DNA of 64,000 bases, taken from positions 32,001 through 96,000 of the forward strand of contig JANNVX010000098.1 of NCBI GenBank assembly GCA_031414595.1. The letters run 5' to 3'. The position numbers and the translations under genes were made by a program. Of this stretch, positions 20,184-30,703 are shown one piece after another. Position 1 is the first letter of the stretch. Each line of letters begins with the position of its first letter. Below the pieces are notes generated by a model. The model saw nothing but the letters and a program-made list of their open reading frames with translations, was not told where the DNA came from and did not search any database. The stretch comes from Deinococcales bacterium. Lineage in GTDB: Bacteria > Deinococcota > Deinococci > Deinococcales > JAAFIG01.

Positions 20184-20829
20184 CTTCTAAAAACCACTTC
20201 TCGGCATAGTCTGAACCGTGCGTTTGCACCAACGTTTCTTTGATTGCTTCTAAAAAAACTTCTCTCGAGTTAAACGCTGGTGTCACTTTTTTGGCTTGTG
20301 AAAACCATAAAATCGGGCGCAAGTTGACTATTTTTTGCTGTTTTTCTTGTACACGAATTGGTCTTGTGGAACTTGTGCCGCTAATTTCCCAAATTTTCTT
20401 TAACCAAAAGTCAGTCACTTTGAGGACACCATCCTCGAGACTGTATGCAAAAATCAGGTAGTCGGCATTTAATCGGTAGGCGTTGGTTCGCAATGAACGT
20501 GTATAGGCATCAAAATTTGCAGTGTCAAAATTTGGACTTGCACTTGCATCAAAGACTTTAATCTCGAGTAAGTTTTCTTTATTTGAAGTTGGGTCAAGCA
20601 AAAAGTCAGGGAATTCTTGAGTATTGATTTTCTGACGATAAAAAATGTTTTTATTCTGCAACCAAAGTCCAAACCATTCCTGCAATAAGTTCCCGACCGA
20701 ACTTTTATCTTTGACCAAAAGCGTAATTCCAGCAAAAAAGACTTCGATACGACCTGTTTGGGCTTGTAGATTCTCGGATTTTAGCAAGTCAAAAATTTGT
20801 TGTGCAGTCAGATTTTGCGGCGAACTCAT
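20131..20829 (-). CDS. Type II restriction endonuclease, NgoBV family
   Basis: VGNLLQEW, QEFPDF, LEIKVF...SPNFD.ANF..Y, ADYLIF, WLKKIWEI; convergent with the C5 MTase. Confidence 0.8.
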   Translation of the reverse strand: MSSPQNLTAQQIFDLLKSENLQAQTGRIEVFFAGITLLVKDKSSVGNLLQEWFGLWLQNKNIFYRQKINTQEFPDFLLDPTSNKENLLEIKVFDASASPNFDTANFDAYTRSLRTNAYRLNADYLIFAYSLEDGVLKVTDFWLKKIWEISGTSSTRPIRVQEKQQKIVNLRPILWFSQAKKVTPAFNSREVFLEAIKETLVQTHGSDYAEKWFLEVSQNYAAHLQTSIDSAG

Positions 20830-20899
20830 GGCGTAGCTTAACACTGTGGCTCTATTTGTACTCGAGCCGCTAGATTTTGCGCCTCAAGTGTTCTACAAT

Positions 20900-20914
20900 T
20901 TGTACTTAGTACAA
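20900..20914. promoter_or_regulatory. Putative FadR (TetR-family, Thermus-type) operator
   Basis: Perfect inverted repeat TTGTACT-T-AGTACAA just downstream of TACAAT (-10) and upstream of the fad operon; fits the recalled consensus TTRNACYNRGTNYAA. Confidence 0.7.
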
Positions 20915-20944
20915 AAATCCCCACTTCACCTTAAGGAGTCAATC

Positions 20945-23212
20945 ATGAAGATTCGTAAAGCCGCCGTCGTCGGCTCTGGCACAATGGGCGCTGCTGTCGC
21001 CGCTCACCTCGCAAATGCTGGTATTCCCGTGCTGCTCTTAGATATTGCTGGTTCTGGCGCGGATAAAAATGAAATTGTCAAAAAAGGTTTGGAACGAGCC
21101 TTAAAAGCCAAGCCCGCCGCTTTTATGCACCCCAAAGCCGCGCAACTCATCACCCTCGGTAATCTCGAGGATGACATTGCTAAATTAACCGGTGTGGACT
21201 GGATTTTTGAAGCAATTCTCGAGCGTTTGGATGTCAAACAAGATTTCTGGGCTAAAGTCGAAGCGACAGGCACAAAAGCAATTGTCAGCAGCAACTCGAG
21301 CGGTATTCCAATGCACTTGCAAATTCAAGACCGAAGTCTCGAGTTCAAGCAGCGTTTTGTTGGCACACACTTTTTTAATCCACCGCGTTACTTAAAACTG
21401 CTCGAGGTGATTCCCACCCCAGACACAAAACCAGAAGTAATAGCTGCCGTCTCTGAATTTGGCGATAAAGTCCTAGGCAAAGGCGTGGTTGTTGCCAAAG
21501 ATGTCCCCGGATTTATTGCCAACCGAATTGGTGTCTGGGGCATGACCCATACCGTCCGCGATGCCGTCGAACTTGGCTTGCGCCCCGATGAAGTGGATGC
21601 CTACCTTGGAACACTGATGGGACGCGCCACCAGTGCCAGTTTTCGCACCAACGACCTGAGCGGTTTGGACATCGGTTTGATGGTCGCTAAAAACCTCGGC
21701 GCGAGTACCGAATTTGATTACACCCCAGCGCCTATTCTCGAGAAACTGGTGGAAATGGGACGGCTAGGCGAAAAAACGGGCGAAGGCTTTTTTAAGCGCA
21801 TCAAAGGTAAAGACGGAAAAAGCGTTATTTTAACGCTAGATTACGAAACACTCGAGTACAAAGATAATGGTCGGGTGCGTGTCCCCGATGAAATTCGCGC
21901 TTTGCCAAGTGCGGTGGCTCGAATCAAAGCCCTCCTGAAACTCGAGAACAACGTTGGTGAGTTGGTGCGGCGCAATGTCTACGGTCTAATCTGGTTTGCC
22001 GCTAAGAATATCCCCGCTTGTGCCGATACGGTTGTAGAAGTAGACAACGCCCTAAAATGGGGCTTCAACTGGGAAATCGGAGCGTTTGACTTGGCAGATG
22101 CACTCGGACACGACACCGTAATTGCTGGAATTAAGGCGCTGGGCTTGGATGTACCGCCGCTTCTCGAGCAAGGCAAACCGTTCTACGCCGAAGGTGCAGT
22201 CCAAAAAAGCGGTTTGATTGTGCTGCGCGATATTAAACGCGACTCGAGCAAGATTATGAAAACCATGCAAGGGGCTTCGCTGGTGGACATTGGTGATGGT
22301 GTGGCGCTGCTCGAGTTTCACAGCAAAGCCAATTCGCTGGGTGAAGATGCGGTGCGAATGATGGCGTTTGCCCAAAATGCGGTACAAGAAAACTTTGTCG
22401 GGTTGGTGGTCGGTAATCAAGGCGATAATTTTAGTGCTGGCGCGAACCTTGCGCTGCTGCTGATGCAAGCCCAAGAAGGCGAATTTGACGAGATTGACAT
22501 GGGCATTCGTCAATTCCAACGCTTCACAACCAGTATGCGCTACAGCCCATTCCCAACCGTTTCTGCGCCGTTTGGACTGACCCTTGGCGGTGGTTGCGAG
22601 CTATCCTTGTACGCCGACCATGTGCAAGCCCACAGCGAACTTTACATGGGCTTAGTCGAGGCTGGCGTGGGTTTAATTCCTGGTGGTGGTGGTACAACCG
22701 AAATGCTGGCACGCTTTTCCGAAGCATTGTTGCCCAATGAAGACCCGTTTAGTGCTGTCCGCAAAGCCTTTGAACAAATTGCCCTCGCCAAAACCAGCAC
22801 CTCAGGACTCGAGGCACGGGATTTAGGCTACTTAAAAAGGGGCGATGGCATCACCATGAACCGCGATAGGCTGCTGTCCGATGCCAAACAAAAGGTTCTC
22901 GAACTCGCCAAAGATTATGTGCAACCACAGCCTCGAGCCGAGATCATTGCCATGGGCGAAAGTGCCATTGCAAATATCAAAGTAGCGGTTCACGGCTTGC
23001 AACTGAGCCGTCAAGCCTCCGAACACGACGGAATTATTGCCATGCAGCTTGCTAAAATTCTGGCGGGTGGAAGCATGAACCGAGTTAGTAAGCAACCCGA
23101 ACAGCATTTTCTTGACCTCGAGCGTGAAGCATTTTTGTATTTGGTTGGCACACGCAAAACCCAAGAACGCATTGCTCACACCTTGAAAACTGGTAAACCA
23201 TTACGCAACTAA
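20945..23212 (+). CDS. fadN: 3-hydroxyacyl-CoA dehydrogenase / enoyl-CoA hydratase (FadN-type)
   Basis: RBS AAGGAG; VVGSGTMG, SSNSSG, GTHFFNPP, PGFIANRIG; C-terminal crotonase FSAGANL, LGGGCE, GLVEAGVGLIPGGGG. Confidence 0.92.
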   Translation: MKIRKAAVVGSGTMGAAVAAHLANAGIPVLLLDIAGSGADKNEIVKKGLERALKAKPAAFMHPKAAQLITLGNLEDDIAKLTGVDWIFEAILERLDVKQDFWAKVEATGTKAIVSSNSSGIPMHLQIQDRSLEFKQRFVGTHFFNPPRYLKLLEVIPTPDTKPEVIAAVSEFGDKVLGKGVVVAKDVPGFIANRIGVWGMTHTVRDAVELGLRPDEVDAYLGTLMGRATSASFRTNDLSGLDIGLMVAKNLGASTEFDYTPAPILEKLVEMGRLGEKTGEGFFKRIKGKDGKSVILTLDYETLEYKDNGRVRVPDEIRALPSAVARIKALLKLENNVGELVRRNVYGLIWFAAKNIPACADTVVEVDNALKWGFNWEIGAFDLADALGHDTVIAGIKALGLDVPPLLEQGKPFYAEGAVQKSGLIVLRDIKRDSSKIMKTMQGASLVDIGDGVALLEFHSKANSLGEDAVRMMAFAQNAVQENFVGLVVGNQGDNFSAGANLALLLMQAQEGEFDEIDMGIRQFQRFTTSMRYSPFPTVSAPFGLTLGGGCELSLYADHVQAHSELYMGLVEAGVGLIPGGGGTTEMLARFSEALLPNEDPFSAVRKAFEQIALAKTSTSGLEARDLGYLKRGDGITMNRDRLLSDAKQKVLELAKDYVQPQPRAEIIAMGESAIANIKVAVHGLQLSRQASEHDGIIAMQLAKILAGGSMNRVSKQPEQHFLDLEREAFLYLVGTRKTQERIAHTLKTGKPLRN

Positions 23213-23215
23213 TCC

Positions 23216-23279
23216 GTAGGGGCGAGGTTTCTTGATTCTAAACACGCACCTACGGGCAGAATCGCTCGTCTCGCCCTGC
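23216..23279 (+). repeat. GTAG-family REP palindrome with nested internal insert
   Basis: GTAGGGGCGAG...CTCGCCCT hairpin; similar copies at 36000, 56017, 58376, 60069. Confidence 0.8.
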
Positions 23280-23337
23280 CCACCGCCCAAGCATCGGCAG
23301 CACACCAGTTACGCCCGAGGATAGAAACGAGAAATTT

Positions 23338-23664
23338 ATGCCAGAAGAAATCAGAGTTATTCGTTTTCGTTGCCCTCACCTTAAAGAAGATGTTGAACTG
23401 ACCCAAGAACGCGCAGACCACATTGCACTTCAACACCCAGATTTTTTTCCAACTTATGCACAACGTATTCCAGAAACACTACTCGAGCCAGATTTAATTC
23501 GCCAAGACCCACACAGACCAGATTGTCAGCATTTCATTAAGTTTTATGGAAATCTAAACGCACTTATCGCCGTGATTATCACCACAGAACGAAATTTCAT
23601 TACTACCGCGTACAATACCCGAAGAGTTCCGCAAGGAGGTGTTCTATGGACAAAAAAACCGTAA
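23338..23664 (+). CDS. Putative BECR-fold (PBECR2/RelE-like) ribonuclease toxin
   Basis: ERADHI..QHPD, IPETLLEPDLIRQD, FITTAY pattern; overlaps a DUF2283-like gene. Confidence 0.55.
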   Translation: MPEEIRVIRFRCPHLKEDVELTQERADHIALQHPDFFPTYAQRIPETLLEPDLIRQDPHRPDCQHFIKFYGNLNALIAVIITTERNFITTAYNTRRVPQGGVLWTKKP

Positions 23665-23981
23665 CCGTCTCATACGACAAAACCAGCGACACATTGGCAT
23701 TTGACCTTGTGCCACGCAATGCTACACAAATCAGTGACCATATGACTGATGAAATCCTAGGGCGTTTTAACAGCCACACAAATGAACTCGAGAACATAGA
23801 TGTACAAGGTTTTATGGCTCGGCTCGAGCAAGGGCAACGTTTGGTTTTACCGTTGGTGTTTAGTAATATTACAAGTCTCGAGGATGCCGAAGATATAGCG
23901 ATTTTTGAGGAGCGTAGAAACGAAGAACACATTCCTTGGGAAACCATAAAAAAGGAATTGGTTGCCAGTGGGCGTTTGTAA
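23646..23981 (+). CDS. DUF2283-like putative antitoxin with C-terminal acidic helix
   Basis: VSYDKTSDTLAF, DEILGRF, ELENIDV; tail LEDAEDIAIFEERRNEEHIPWETIKKEL. Confidence 0.55.
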   Translation: MDKKTVTVSYDKTSDTLAFDLVPRNATQISDHMTDEILGRFNSHTNELENIDVQGFMARLEQGQRLVLPLVFSNITSLEDAEDIAIFEERRNEEHIPWETIKKELVASGRL

Positions 23982-23982
23982 T

Positions 23983-24213
23983 ATGGAAAAAGTAAATATC
24001 CAATTTGATACAGAAGGCGACATTCTTTACGTCGAATTCTGCAAACCCTACAAAGGACAAGGTTCAACCGAAATAGCGGGCGGTGTGGTTGCCAGAACCC
24101 ATCCAATTACTGGAAGAATCGAAAGCCTCGAGATTATGGATTTAAGTGCTAGACAGGGCAAACTCGAGTTACCAATGATTGTTGAACCCCTCGAGATGGC
24201 AGCCGCAGATTAA
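23983..24213 (+). CDS. DUF2283 family putative antitoxin
   Basis: FDTEGDILYVEF, EIAGGVVAR, TGRIESLEI. Confidence 0.7.
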   Translation: MEKVNIQFDTEGDILYVEFCKPYKGQGSTEIAGGVVARTHPITGRIESLEIMDLSARQGKLELPMIVEPLEMAAAD

Positions 24214-24225
24214 AAAAGGATTTTT

Positions 24226-24927
24226 GTGTTTTCTGTAGAAGAATATAAAATTGCACTGCAACAACCTCTGAGTGAGACTCAGATTCAGATGCTGTCTCTG
24301 AATTATGCCGCCCCTGATATGGCAATTACTGGTATTCAAATGGCTCGAGGCATGGGCTGGGGGAATTTTGGCGCTGCCAATATGCACTACGGAAAACTTG
24401 GTAGATTAATTGCAAAGAGAATAGGGAAACAAATTGAACCTGCTTCTGATGGGGAAGTTTATCCGTTAAATGTACTGGCAGAATTTGTGGGTGGTGCTGG
24501 TCATCTCGAATGGTGGTTGTGGGAAAACCTCGCAGTTGCTCTTGAGGAACTTGAGTTGGTTGATTTTGGGAGTAACATTTTCCCTGAAGATGTGTCTCGA
24601 GAAGAATCTTTATTAGAAGGGACAACTTATACAGTAACAGTTAATGTTTTTGAGCGAAATCCAATTGCTCGGAAAATTTGTATTGAACATCATGGTTCAT
24701 CCTGTTCTATTTGCCAATTTAATTTTGGTGAAGCATATTCCAACATGGAAGGATTTATTCATGTTCATCATTTGCGTCTCCTGAGTGAAATAAGAGAAGA
24801 ATACATAATTGATCCAATAAAAGATTTGCGTCCAGTATGCCCAAATTGTCATGCGGTAATTCACTCTAAACGTCCAGCTTATTCAATTGAAGAAGTTAGG
24901 GCAATGCTGAAAAGAGGTTCTCTATGA
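24226..24927 (+). CDS. HNH endonuclease (McrA-like C-terminus)
   Basis: [33 protein letters not shown]. Confidence 0.85.
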   Translation: MFSVEEYKIALQQPLSETQIQMLSLNYAAPDMAITGIQMARGMGWGNFGAANMHYGKLGRLIAKRIGKQIEPASDGEVYPLNVLAEFVGGAGHLEWWLWENLAVALEELELVDFGSNIFPEDVSREESLLEGTTYTVTVNVFERNPIARKICIEHHGSSCSICQFNFGEAYSNMEGFIHVHHLRLLSEIREEYIIDPIKDLRPVCPNCHAVIHSKRPAYSIEEVRAMLKRGSL

Positions 24928-26099
24928 ATGAAGCTGTTATCGTTTCCGCCGTCCGCACCGCCGTTGGTCGTGGCTTAAAAGGCACACTGTCGAATACTCG
25001 AGCCGATGATCTTGCGGCTATTGTCCTTAAAGAATCCGTCTCGAGGGCGGGTGTAGACCCAAACCTCATTGAGGATGTTTACCTTGGTTGTGCCATGCCT
25101 GAAGGTTCGCAAGGGCTTAATTTTGCGCGTCTCTCGAGTTTACATGCTGGTCTGCCCGATTCGGTTCCGGGTGTGACGATTAATCGTTTTTGTGCGGCTG
25201 GTTTGGATGCGATTGCTTTTGCAGCGCATTCGATTCGAGCTGGTATGTATGAGTGTATTGTGGCTGGTGGGGCGGAAAGCATGAGTTTAGTGCCGATGTC
25301 TGGTTTTGCGTTCTCCGCTAATAATGCTTTGGTGGACTCGAGACCCGGTGCGTATATCAGCATGGGTCATACTGCTGAGAATGTCGCGGAGAAGTACGGT
25401 GTGAATCGTGCAGATATGGATCAGTTTGCGCTTGAGTCGCATCAGAAAGCGGCGGCGGCGATGGATGCTGGTAAGTTCAAAGACGAAATCGTGCCTGTGC
25501 CTGTTCGGGTGGATAAGCTCAAAGGTACAAAAACCATTTCGAGCGAAATGATGTTTGATACTGATGAACTGCTGCGCCGTGATACGACCCTCGAGGGGCT
25601 TGGGAAGCTGCGTGGTGCGTTCAAAGAGGGCGGTGGGGTTACGGCTGGTAACTCGAGTCCGTTTTCGGATGGTGCGGCGGCGGCTGTTTTGATGAGTGCG
25701 GCTCGAGCTTCTGACCTTGGTTTGAAACCCTTGGCGCGTTTTGTCAGTTTTGCTAGTGTTGGTGTTGCACCTGAAATCATGGGAATTGGTCCAATTGCTG
25801 CGATTCCTAAAGCCTTGAAACTAGCAGGTCTCGAGCTAAAAGACATAGACCTCTTTGAACTGAACGAGGCTTTTGCAGCTCAAGCGCTGGCGGTGGCTCG
25901 AGAAATCGGGATTGATATGAATAAACTTAATGTCAATGGTGGTGCGATTGCGCTGGGGCATCCGCTTGGTTGTACTGGTGCGAAATTAACCACGACTTTA
26001 ATTAACGAACTTCGTCGGCGTGGTGGGCGGTACGGCATGGTGACGATGTGTGTTGGTGGTGGGCAGGGTGCAGCAGGTATTTTTGAATTGCTGAATTGA
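24924..26099 (+). CDS. fadA: Acetyl-CoA C-acyltransferase (thiolase)
   Basis: [34 protein letters not shown]. Confidence 0.95.
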   Translation: MNEAVIVSAVRTAVGRGLKGTLSNTRADDLAAIVLKESVSRAGVDPNLIEDVYLGCAMPEGSQGLNFARLSSLHAGLPDSVPGVTINRFCAAGLDAIAFAAHSIRAGMYECIVAGGAESMSLVPMSGFAFSANNALVDSRPGAYISMGHTAENVAEKYGVNRADMDQFALESHQKAAAAMDAGKFKDEIVPVPVRVDKLKGTKTISSEMMFDTDELLRRDTTLEGLGKLRGAFKEGGGVTAGNSSPFSDGAAAAVLMSAARASDLGLKPLARFVSFASVGVAPEIMGIGPIAAIPKALKLAGLELKDIDLFELNEAFAAQALAVAREIGIDMNKLNVNGGAIALGHPLGCTGAKLTTTLINELRRRGGRYGMVTMCVGGGQGAAGIFELLN

Positions 26100-26182
26100 T
26101 TTACGACAGCCCTCCTCTTGCGGTGAGGCACAAATTTTCGCAATCCAACTAAATCAAGAAAAACGTGTGCAACGCAAAAAAA

Positions 26183-26315
26183 TCCTCCCCTGTCGTTAGA
26201 CAGTTGGGAGGTGGCACGAGTGCAACGAGTGACGGAGGGGTCTGCAACGCGGAAACGCTGTGCAAGACCCCTCCGACGCGCTTCGCTTGCCACCTCCCCT
26301 GCTTCGCGGGGAGGA
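26183..26315. repeat. Long intergenic composite palindrome (TCCTCCCC...GGGGAGGA)
   Basis: Terminal IR TCCTCCCC/GGGGAGGA; internal arms gggaggtggca...cggaggggtct and agacccctccg...tgccacctccc. Confidence 0.7.
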
Positions 26316-26440
26316 CAAAAACCTAGTGCCTAGTCATGAACTAGAAAATCTAGTTTGCCGTCAAGCATAGTAGGGACAAATTAGTTGAAACATATGCCCT
26401 TTTGGTCGCTCAGCTTTTCTTTTTGCGTTATGCTGCTGCC

Positions 26441-27631
26441 ATGACTCGAGTGATACTGATGGTGGCTTTGCTGGTTTTTTCGGTGACGGCTTTTTCGCAG
26501 TCTCAGATTGGCAAACCTGACTCGAGTCTTGGCAATAACGGCACGACCCAAGCTGGGATTTGTGGCTTACAGACCATGCTAGATTTCCCAGACCGAAGTG
26601 TATTGCTGGTCAAGCAATCTCAAAAAACGCTGACGCTCTTAAAACTGACTCGAGCAGGCAAATGGGACACCAGTTTTGCGAATCAGGCGGTGCTGCGCTT
26701 GCCCGATTGGGATGTGCGGTACACCCAAACGGTTCAACAAAATAATTCGGATGTCCTGCTGGTTGGTGTATCCGACTACCAAGATTTTGACAGAGACTTT
26801 ATTCCATTGCGTTTGGTATTGGTCTCGGCGGCTGGAAAAGTAAAATTTCGGGTCAATTTGGATTTGCCGAGGCTCGATGGTGTTGCGGCGGCGGCTTGGG
26901 TTTGGTCTGGTCAGCGTTTATTGTTGGCATTTGGGGACGAAGCCAATCAAAGGGTTGTTTTTGTGCGCTACACCCTTTCAAATCGAGGTGAATTAGACCT
27001 TGACACCAGTTTTGCCACCCAAGGCTATGCTGAATTTAGCGTTATCACTCCAAAAATCCTCGAACTTCTGAGCGCCTTTGGTTCTGGAACGCCAGCCGTG
27101 ACAGCCTATGGTTTGGCGATGGATGCGGTTGGAAATTTTGCCCTGACCGGCGGAATTCAATTTAGAGGTCTACATTTATTTGTGGCTAAATTTAACAATG
27201 CTGGTTTTCTCGAGCCAAGTTTTAGTCAAGATGGTGTGGACATTGACGCTTATCCAAATGACATTGGTTCTTATCATTCTTTGCAAATTATGCCAAAAGG
27301 CGGTGTGGTTTTTGTTTCTGGCACGGATAATTCACCACAAGGCGATAAGCTCACTTGGTATGTAGATTGGTTTAACGAGCGAGGTGTGCGTGTGGATTCT
27401 CAGGGTCTTGACTCACTCGAGTCAGGGGATTTTTATGCCAAGACCTATCCAACAGGCGAGGTTATTTTTTTGGATGAACAAAAAGTAATGCTCCACACAC
27501 CAAACAACAAACCGCGTTGGCTGGCGGCAATCCCAGCCAAACTCGAGGATTTTAGTCTCACCACCGACAAAAAACTCTTGCTTGGTTATTGCCAAAAAAA
27601 TCAATTGCTGATTCGCCGTATCACTTTTTAG
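26441..27631 (+). CDS. Secreted beta-propeller protein with delta-60-like repeats
   Basis: Signal peptide; repeated G.(L/W)D.SF...G motifs (PDSSLGNNG, WDTSFANQ, LDTSFATQG, LEPSFSQDG). Confidence 0.65.
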   Translation: MTRVILMVALLVFSVTAFSQSQIGKPDSSLGNNGTTQAGICGLQTMLDFPDRSVLLVKQSQKTLTLLKLTRAGKWDTSFANQAVLRLPDWDVRYTQTVQQNNSDVLLVGVSDYQDFDRDFIPLRLVLVSAAGKVKFRVNLDLPRLDGVAAAAWVWSGQRLLLAFGDEANQRVVFVRYTLSNRGELDLDTSFATQGYAEFSVITPKILELLSAFGSGTPAVTAYGLAMDAVGNFALTGGIQFRGLHLFVAKFNNAGFLEPSFSQDGVDIDAYPNDIGSYHSLQIMPKGGVVFVSGTDNSPQGDKLTWYVDWFNERGVRVDSQGLDSLESGDFYAKTYPTGEVIFLDEQKVMLHTPNNKPRWLAAIPAKLEDFSLTTDKKLLLGYCQKNQLLIRRITF

Positions 27632-27645
27632 CGTAAACTGTCTCC

Positions 27646-28620
27646 ATGACCCTTGCAAGCACCGACCTTTGGCTCGAGCGTAATTCTGGAATGCCGTTTG
27701 ATTTGTCTTGGCTCGAGGAAACCCGTGTCAATAAAAGCGCCGTCGAGCGCCGTGCCGCCACCATCGGCACACGCCGCAGCGTCAAAAAAGAATTCCAAGC
27801 GGCGTGGTTGCTGCGTGCCATTACCCTGATTGACCTGACCACACTTTCTGGCGATGATACAGACACCAATGTGCAGCGCCTTTGCGCCAAAGCCCGTAAT
27901 CCTGTGCGCCAAGATATTCTCGAGTCCTTGGGCGCAAGTGCTTTGGGCATTACCACGGGCGCAATTTGTGTCTACCATCCGTTTGTTAAAACTGCCGTTA
28001 AAGCCCTTGAGGGCAGTGGAGTCCCAGTCGCAGCCGTCAGTACCGCCTTTCCAGCAGGGCTTGCCCCAATGAAAACCCGTCTCGAGGAAGTGCGGGCGAG
28101 TGTATCTGATGGTGCAAGCGAAATTGACATGGTGATTACTCGAGGGCTGGTGCTTGGCAATAAATGGGAAGCGCTACATGACGAAGTGCGCCAAGTCCGC
28201 GAGGCTTGTGGTAACTCGAGACTAAAGGTAATTCTGGCAACGGGTGAACTTGGCAGCCTGACCAATGTGGCAAGGGCAAGCCTGACCGCAATGATGGCAG
28301 GGGCAGACTTTATTAAAACCAGTACAGGCAAAGAAAGCGTCAATGCCACCCTCCCCGTGACCTTGGTGATGGTGCGGCAAATTAGGGCGTACCTCGAGCG
28401 CACGGGCTACCGCGTTGGCTACAAACCCGCCGGCGGGATTCGCACTGCCAAAAATTCCCTCGAGTATCTGTTTTTAATGCGTGATGAACTTGGTCTGCCG
28501 TGGTGTGAATCGCACTTATTTAGGTTTGGGGCAAGTGGACTTTTAACCGACATCGAGCGTCAACTCGAGCATTATGTGACGGGTGCGTACTCGAGTGCCA
28601 AGCGTCACGCCATGCCTTAA
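27646..28620 (+). CDS. deoC: Deoxyribose-phosphate aldolase
   Basis: IDLTTL, GASEIDMVI, LKVILATGEL, DFIKTSTGK, KPAGGI, RFGASGLL. Confidence 0.93.
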   Translation: MTLASTDLWLERNSGMPFDLSWLEETRVNKSAVERRAATIGTRRSVKKEFQAAWLLRAITLIDLTTLSGDDTDTNVQRLCAKARNPVRQDILESLGASALGITTGAICVYHPFVKTAVKALEGSGVPVAAVSTAFPAGLAPMKTRLEEVRASVSDGASEIDMVITRGLVLGNKWEALHDEVRQVREACGNSRLKVILATGELGSLTNVARASLTAMMAGADFIKTSTGKESVNATLPVTLVMVRQIRAYLERTGYRVGYKPAGGIRTAKNSLEYLFLMRDELGLPWCESHLFRFGASGLLTDIERQLEHYVTGAYSSAKRHAMP

Positions 28621-28685
28621 AGAGCATAGACGAGAGGAAAAACTTTTACCTTTCGCCTTTTGACCTCCAATGTTATGCTCGTCTC

Positions 28686-29447
28686 ATGCCTTCACTTCGT
28701 GATTATCTCGAGACCTGCATAGACGCTGCTTACCTTGGTGGGAAACGCACTTTGGCGTACTTTAATACGGGTGTGGATGTAGAAACCAAAAGCAATGACA
28801 CACCTGTTACCATTGCCGACAAAGAAGCCGAGTTGGTCATTCGGGAGCGGATTAAACGCGATTATTCGGGTCACAGCATCATTGGCGAAGAAGGCGGCTT
28901 AGAGTCTGGCGATTCCGAAATGCGCTGGATTATTGACCCGCTCGATGGCACAAAATCCTTTATTCGGGGTGTACCACTGTACGGCACATTGGTTGCCCTC
29001 GAGATTGCAGGAGTGGCTAGTGTTGGCGCGGTGTACTTGCCAGTCCAGAACGAAATGTTGTATGCCGCCAAGGGCATGGGGGCGTTTTTGAATGGGCGGG
29101 TGGCTCGAGTGTCAACAACCAAAAAACTCGAGGAGGCAACGCTTTTAACCACCAGTTCGGAATCATGTCGCAAACGGGGTTCGCAATACGATGCTCTAGC
29201 TTCTCGAGTGCAATTAACCCGTGGTTGGGGCGATTGCTTCGGCTATGTGCTACTTGCAACAGGCAGAGCCGATATTATGCTTGATGCTGGCATGAACGTC
29301 TGGGATTGTGCGCCTCTGCTACCGATTCTCGAGGAGGCTGGCGGGCATTTTACGACTTGGGCGGGAGTGCCAACCATTCACGGCTCGGATGCGGTGGGGA
29401 CGAACGATGGGCTGCATAGCCAAGTTCTCGAACTATTGGCGGGTTAA
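28686..29447 (+). CDS. Inositol monophosphatase family protein, probable histidinol-phosphatase
   Basis: PVTIAD, GEE, WIIDPLDGTKSFIRG.P.YGTL, WDCAP. Confidence 0.85.
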   Translation: MPSLRDYLETCIDAAYLGGKRTLAYFNTGVDVETKSNDTPVTIADKEAELVIRERIKRDYSGHSIIGEEGGLESGDSEMRWIIDPLDGTKSFIRGVPLYGTLVALEIAGVASVGAVYLPVQNEMLYAAKGMGAFLNGRVARVSTTKKLEEATLLTTSSESCRKRGSQYDALASRVQLTRGWGDCFGYVLLATGRADIMLDAGMNVWDCAPLLPILEEAGGHFTTWAGVPTIHGSDAVGTNDGLHSQVLELLAG

Positions 29448-29912
29448 TATCACCCAATCAAAACTAAATTCGTGTTTTTCGTCTGTGCCATGATGAATTC
29501 TCGAGACTTCTTGCCACTCGAGCGGGTTGTATTTTGGGAAAAACGCATCGGCATTTTCAACTTGCGTATTGACTAAAGTCAGGTACATTGTTGAAGCAAG
29601 CGGCAGTGCTAAAGTGTAAATCTCACCGCCACCAATCACCATTAAATTTGGCTCGAGGGCAAGCGCTTGTTCTAAACCATGTACGATTTCAATACCATCG
29701 GCTGTAAAACTTGGGTCCCTTGTCAGAACGATGTTATGGCGTTTGGGTAAGGCTCGTCCGATGCTCAAAAAAGTTTTGCGCCCCATCAGCACAGTTTTTT
29801 CTAAAGTTACGCGCTTAAAGTATTTCAGGTCATCGGGCAAATACCAAGGCATGGCGTTCCCAAAGCCAATTGCATGGTTTGAATCTATGGCAGCAATCAT
29901 CTCGAGGCTCAT
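29433..29912 (-). CDS. folA: Dihydrofolate reductase
   Basis: [31 protein letters not shown]; follows thyA. Confidence 0.95.
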   Translation of the reverse strand: MSLEMIAAIDSNHAIGFGNAMPWYLPDDLKYFKRVTLEKTVLMGRKTFLSIGRALPKRHNIVLTRDPSFTADGIEIVHGLEQALALEPNLMVIGGGEIYTLALPLASTMYLTLVNTQVENADAFFPKYNPLEWQEVSRIHHGTDEKHEFSFDWVILTRQ

Positions 29913-30703
29913 ACAGCCACCGTTGCTTTAATCCGTGGGTGTGGGTCGTAATTCTCGAGAACAATGTCTTCAAGTCCGAAGGCAAATAAATCCTCGACAT
30001 TGGGGTTCAAGCGCACGTTTGGTGAAGCCCGGACTTCTCGAGCAAGTTGGGTTTGGACTTGTTCAAAGTGATTGTTATAAATATGGGCATCGCCAAAAGT
30101 ATGAATAAATTCGCCAAGCTCGAGCTTACAAACATGGGCAATCATTTGGGTTAAAAGCGCGTAAGAAGCAATGTTAAACGGCACACCCAAAAAGGCATCG
30201 GCACTGCGTTGGTACAATTGACATGATAATTTATTGTTCGCCACATAAAACTGAAACATTGTATGGCAGGGTAAAAGCGCCATGTCGGGCAGGTCAGCCA
30301 CATTCCAAGCCGAAACAATTAAGCGCCTCGAGTCTGGATTCTTTTTGATTTCCTCGAGCAACCAGCTTATTTGGTCTATGGTTTGCCCGTCCTTAGCAGT
30401 CCACAAGCGCCACTGATGCCCGTAAATTGGTCCAAGCGAACCATCCGCCCTTGCCCACTCACGCCAGATGCTGATACCCATTTCTTCTAAAGTATTATTG
30501 TTGGTATCGCCCGTTAAAAACCAAAGTAGTTCGCCAACCACGCTTTTCCAATGAACTTTTTTGGTGGTCACAAGCGGAAAACCTTTTGCGAGGTCAAAAC
30601 GCATCTGATACCCAAAAACACTTTTTGTACCCGTGCCAGTGCGGTCAGCTTTGTCTGTTCCATGCTTGAGAATATGCCGTAAAAAATCATGATATTGCTG
30701 CAC
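29909..30703 (-). CDS. thyA: Thymidylate synthase
   Basis: DRTGTGT, LPCH, YQRSAD.FLGVPFN, DAHIY; GTG start overlapping the galE stop gives 264 aa. Confidence 0.95.
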   Translation of the reverse strand: MQQYHDFLRHILKHGTDKADRTGTGTKSVFGYQMRFDLAKGFPLVTTKKVHWKSVVGELLWFLTGDTNNNTLEEMGISIWREWARADGSLGPIYGHQWRLWTAKDGQTIDQISWLLEEIKKNPDSRRLIVSAWNVADLPDMALLPCHTMFQFYVANNKLSCQLYQRSADAFLGVPFNIASYALLTQMIAHVCKLELGEFIHTFGDAHIYNNHFEQVQTQLAREVRASPNVRLNPNVEDLFAFGLEDIVLENYDPHPRIKATVAV

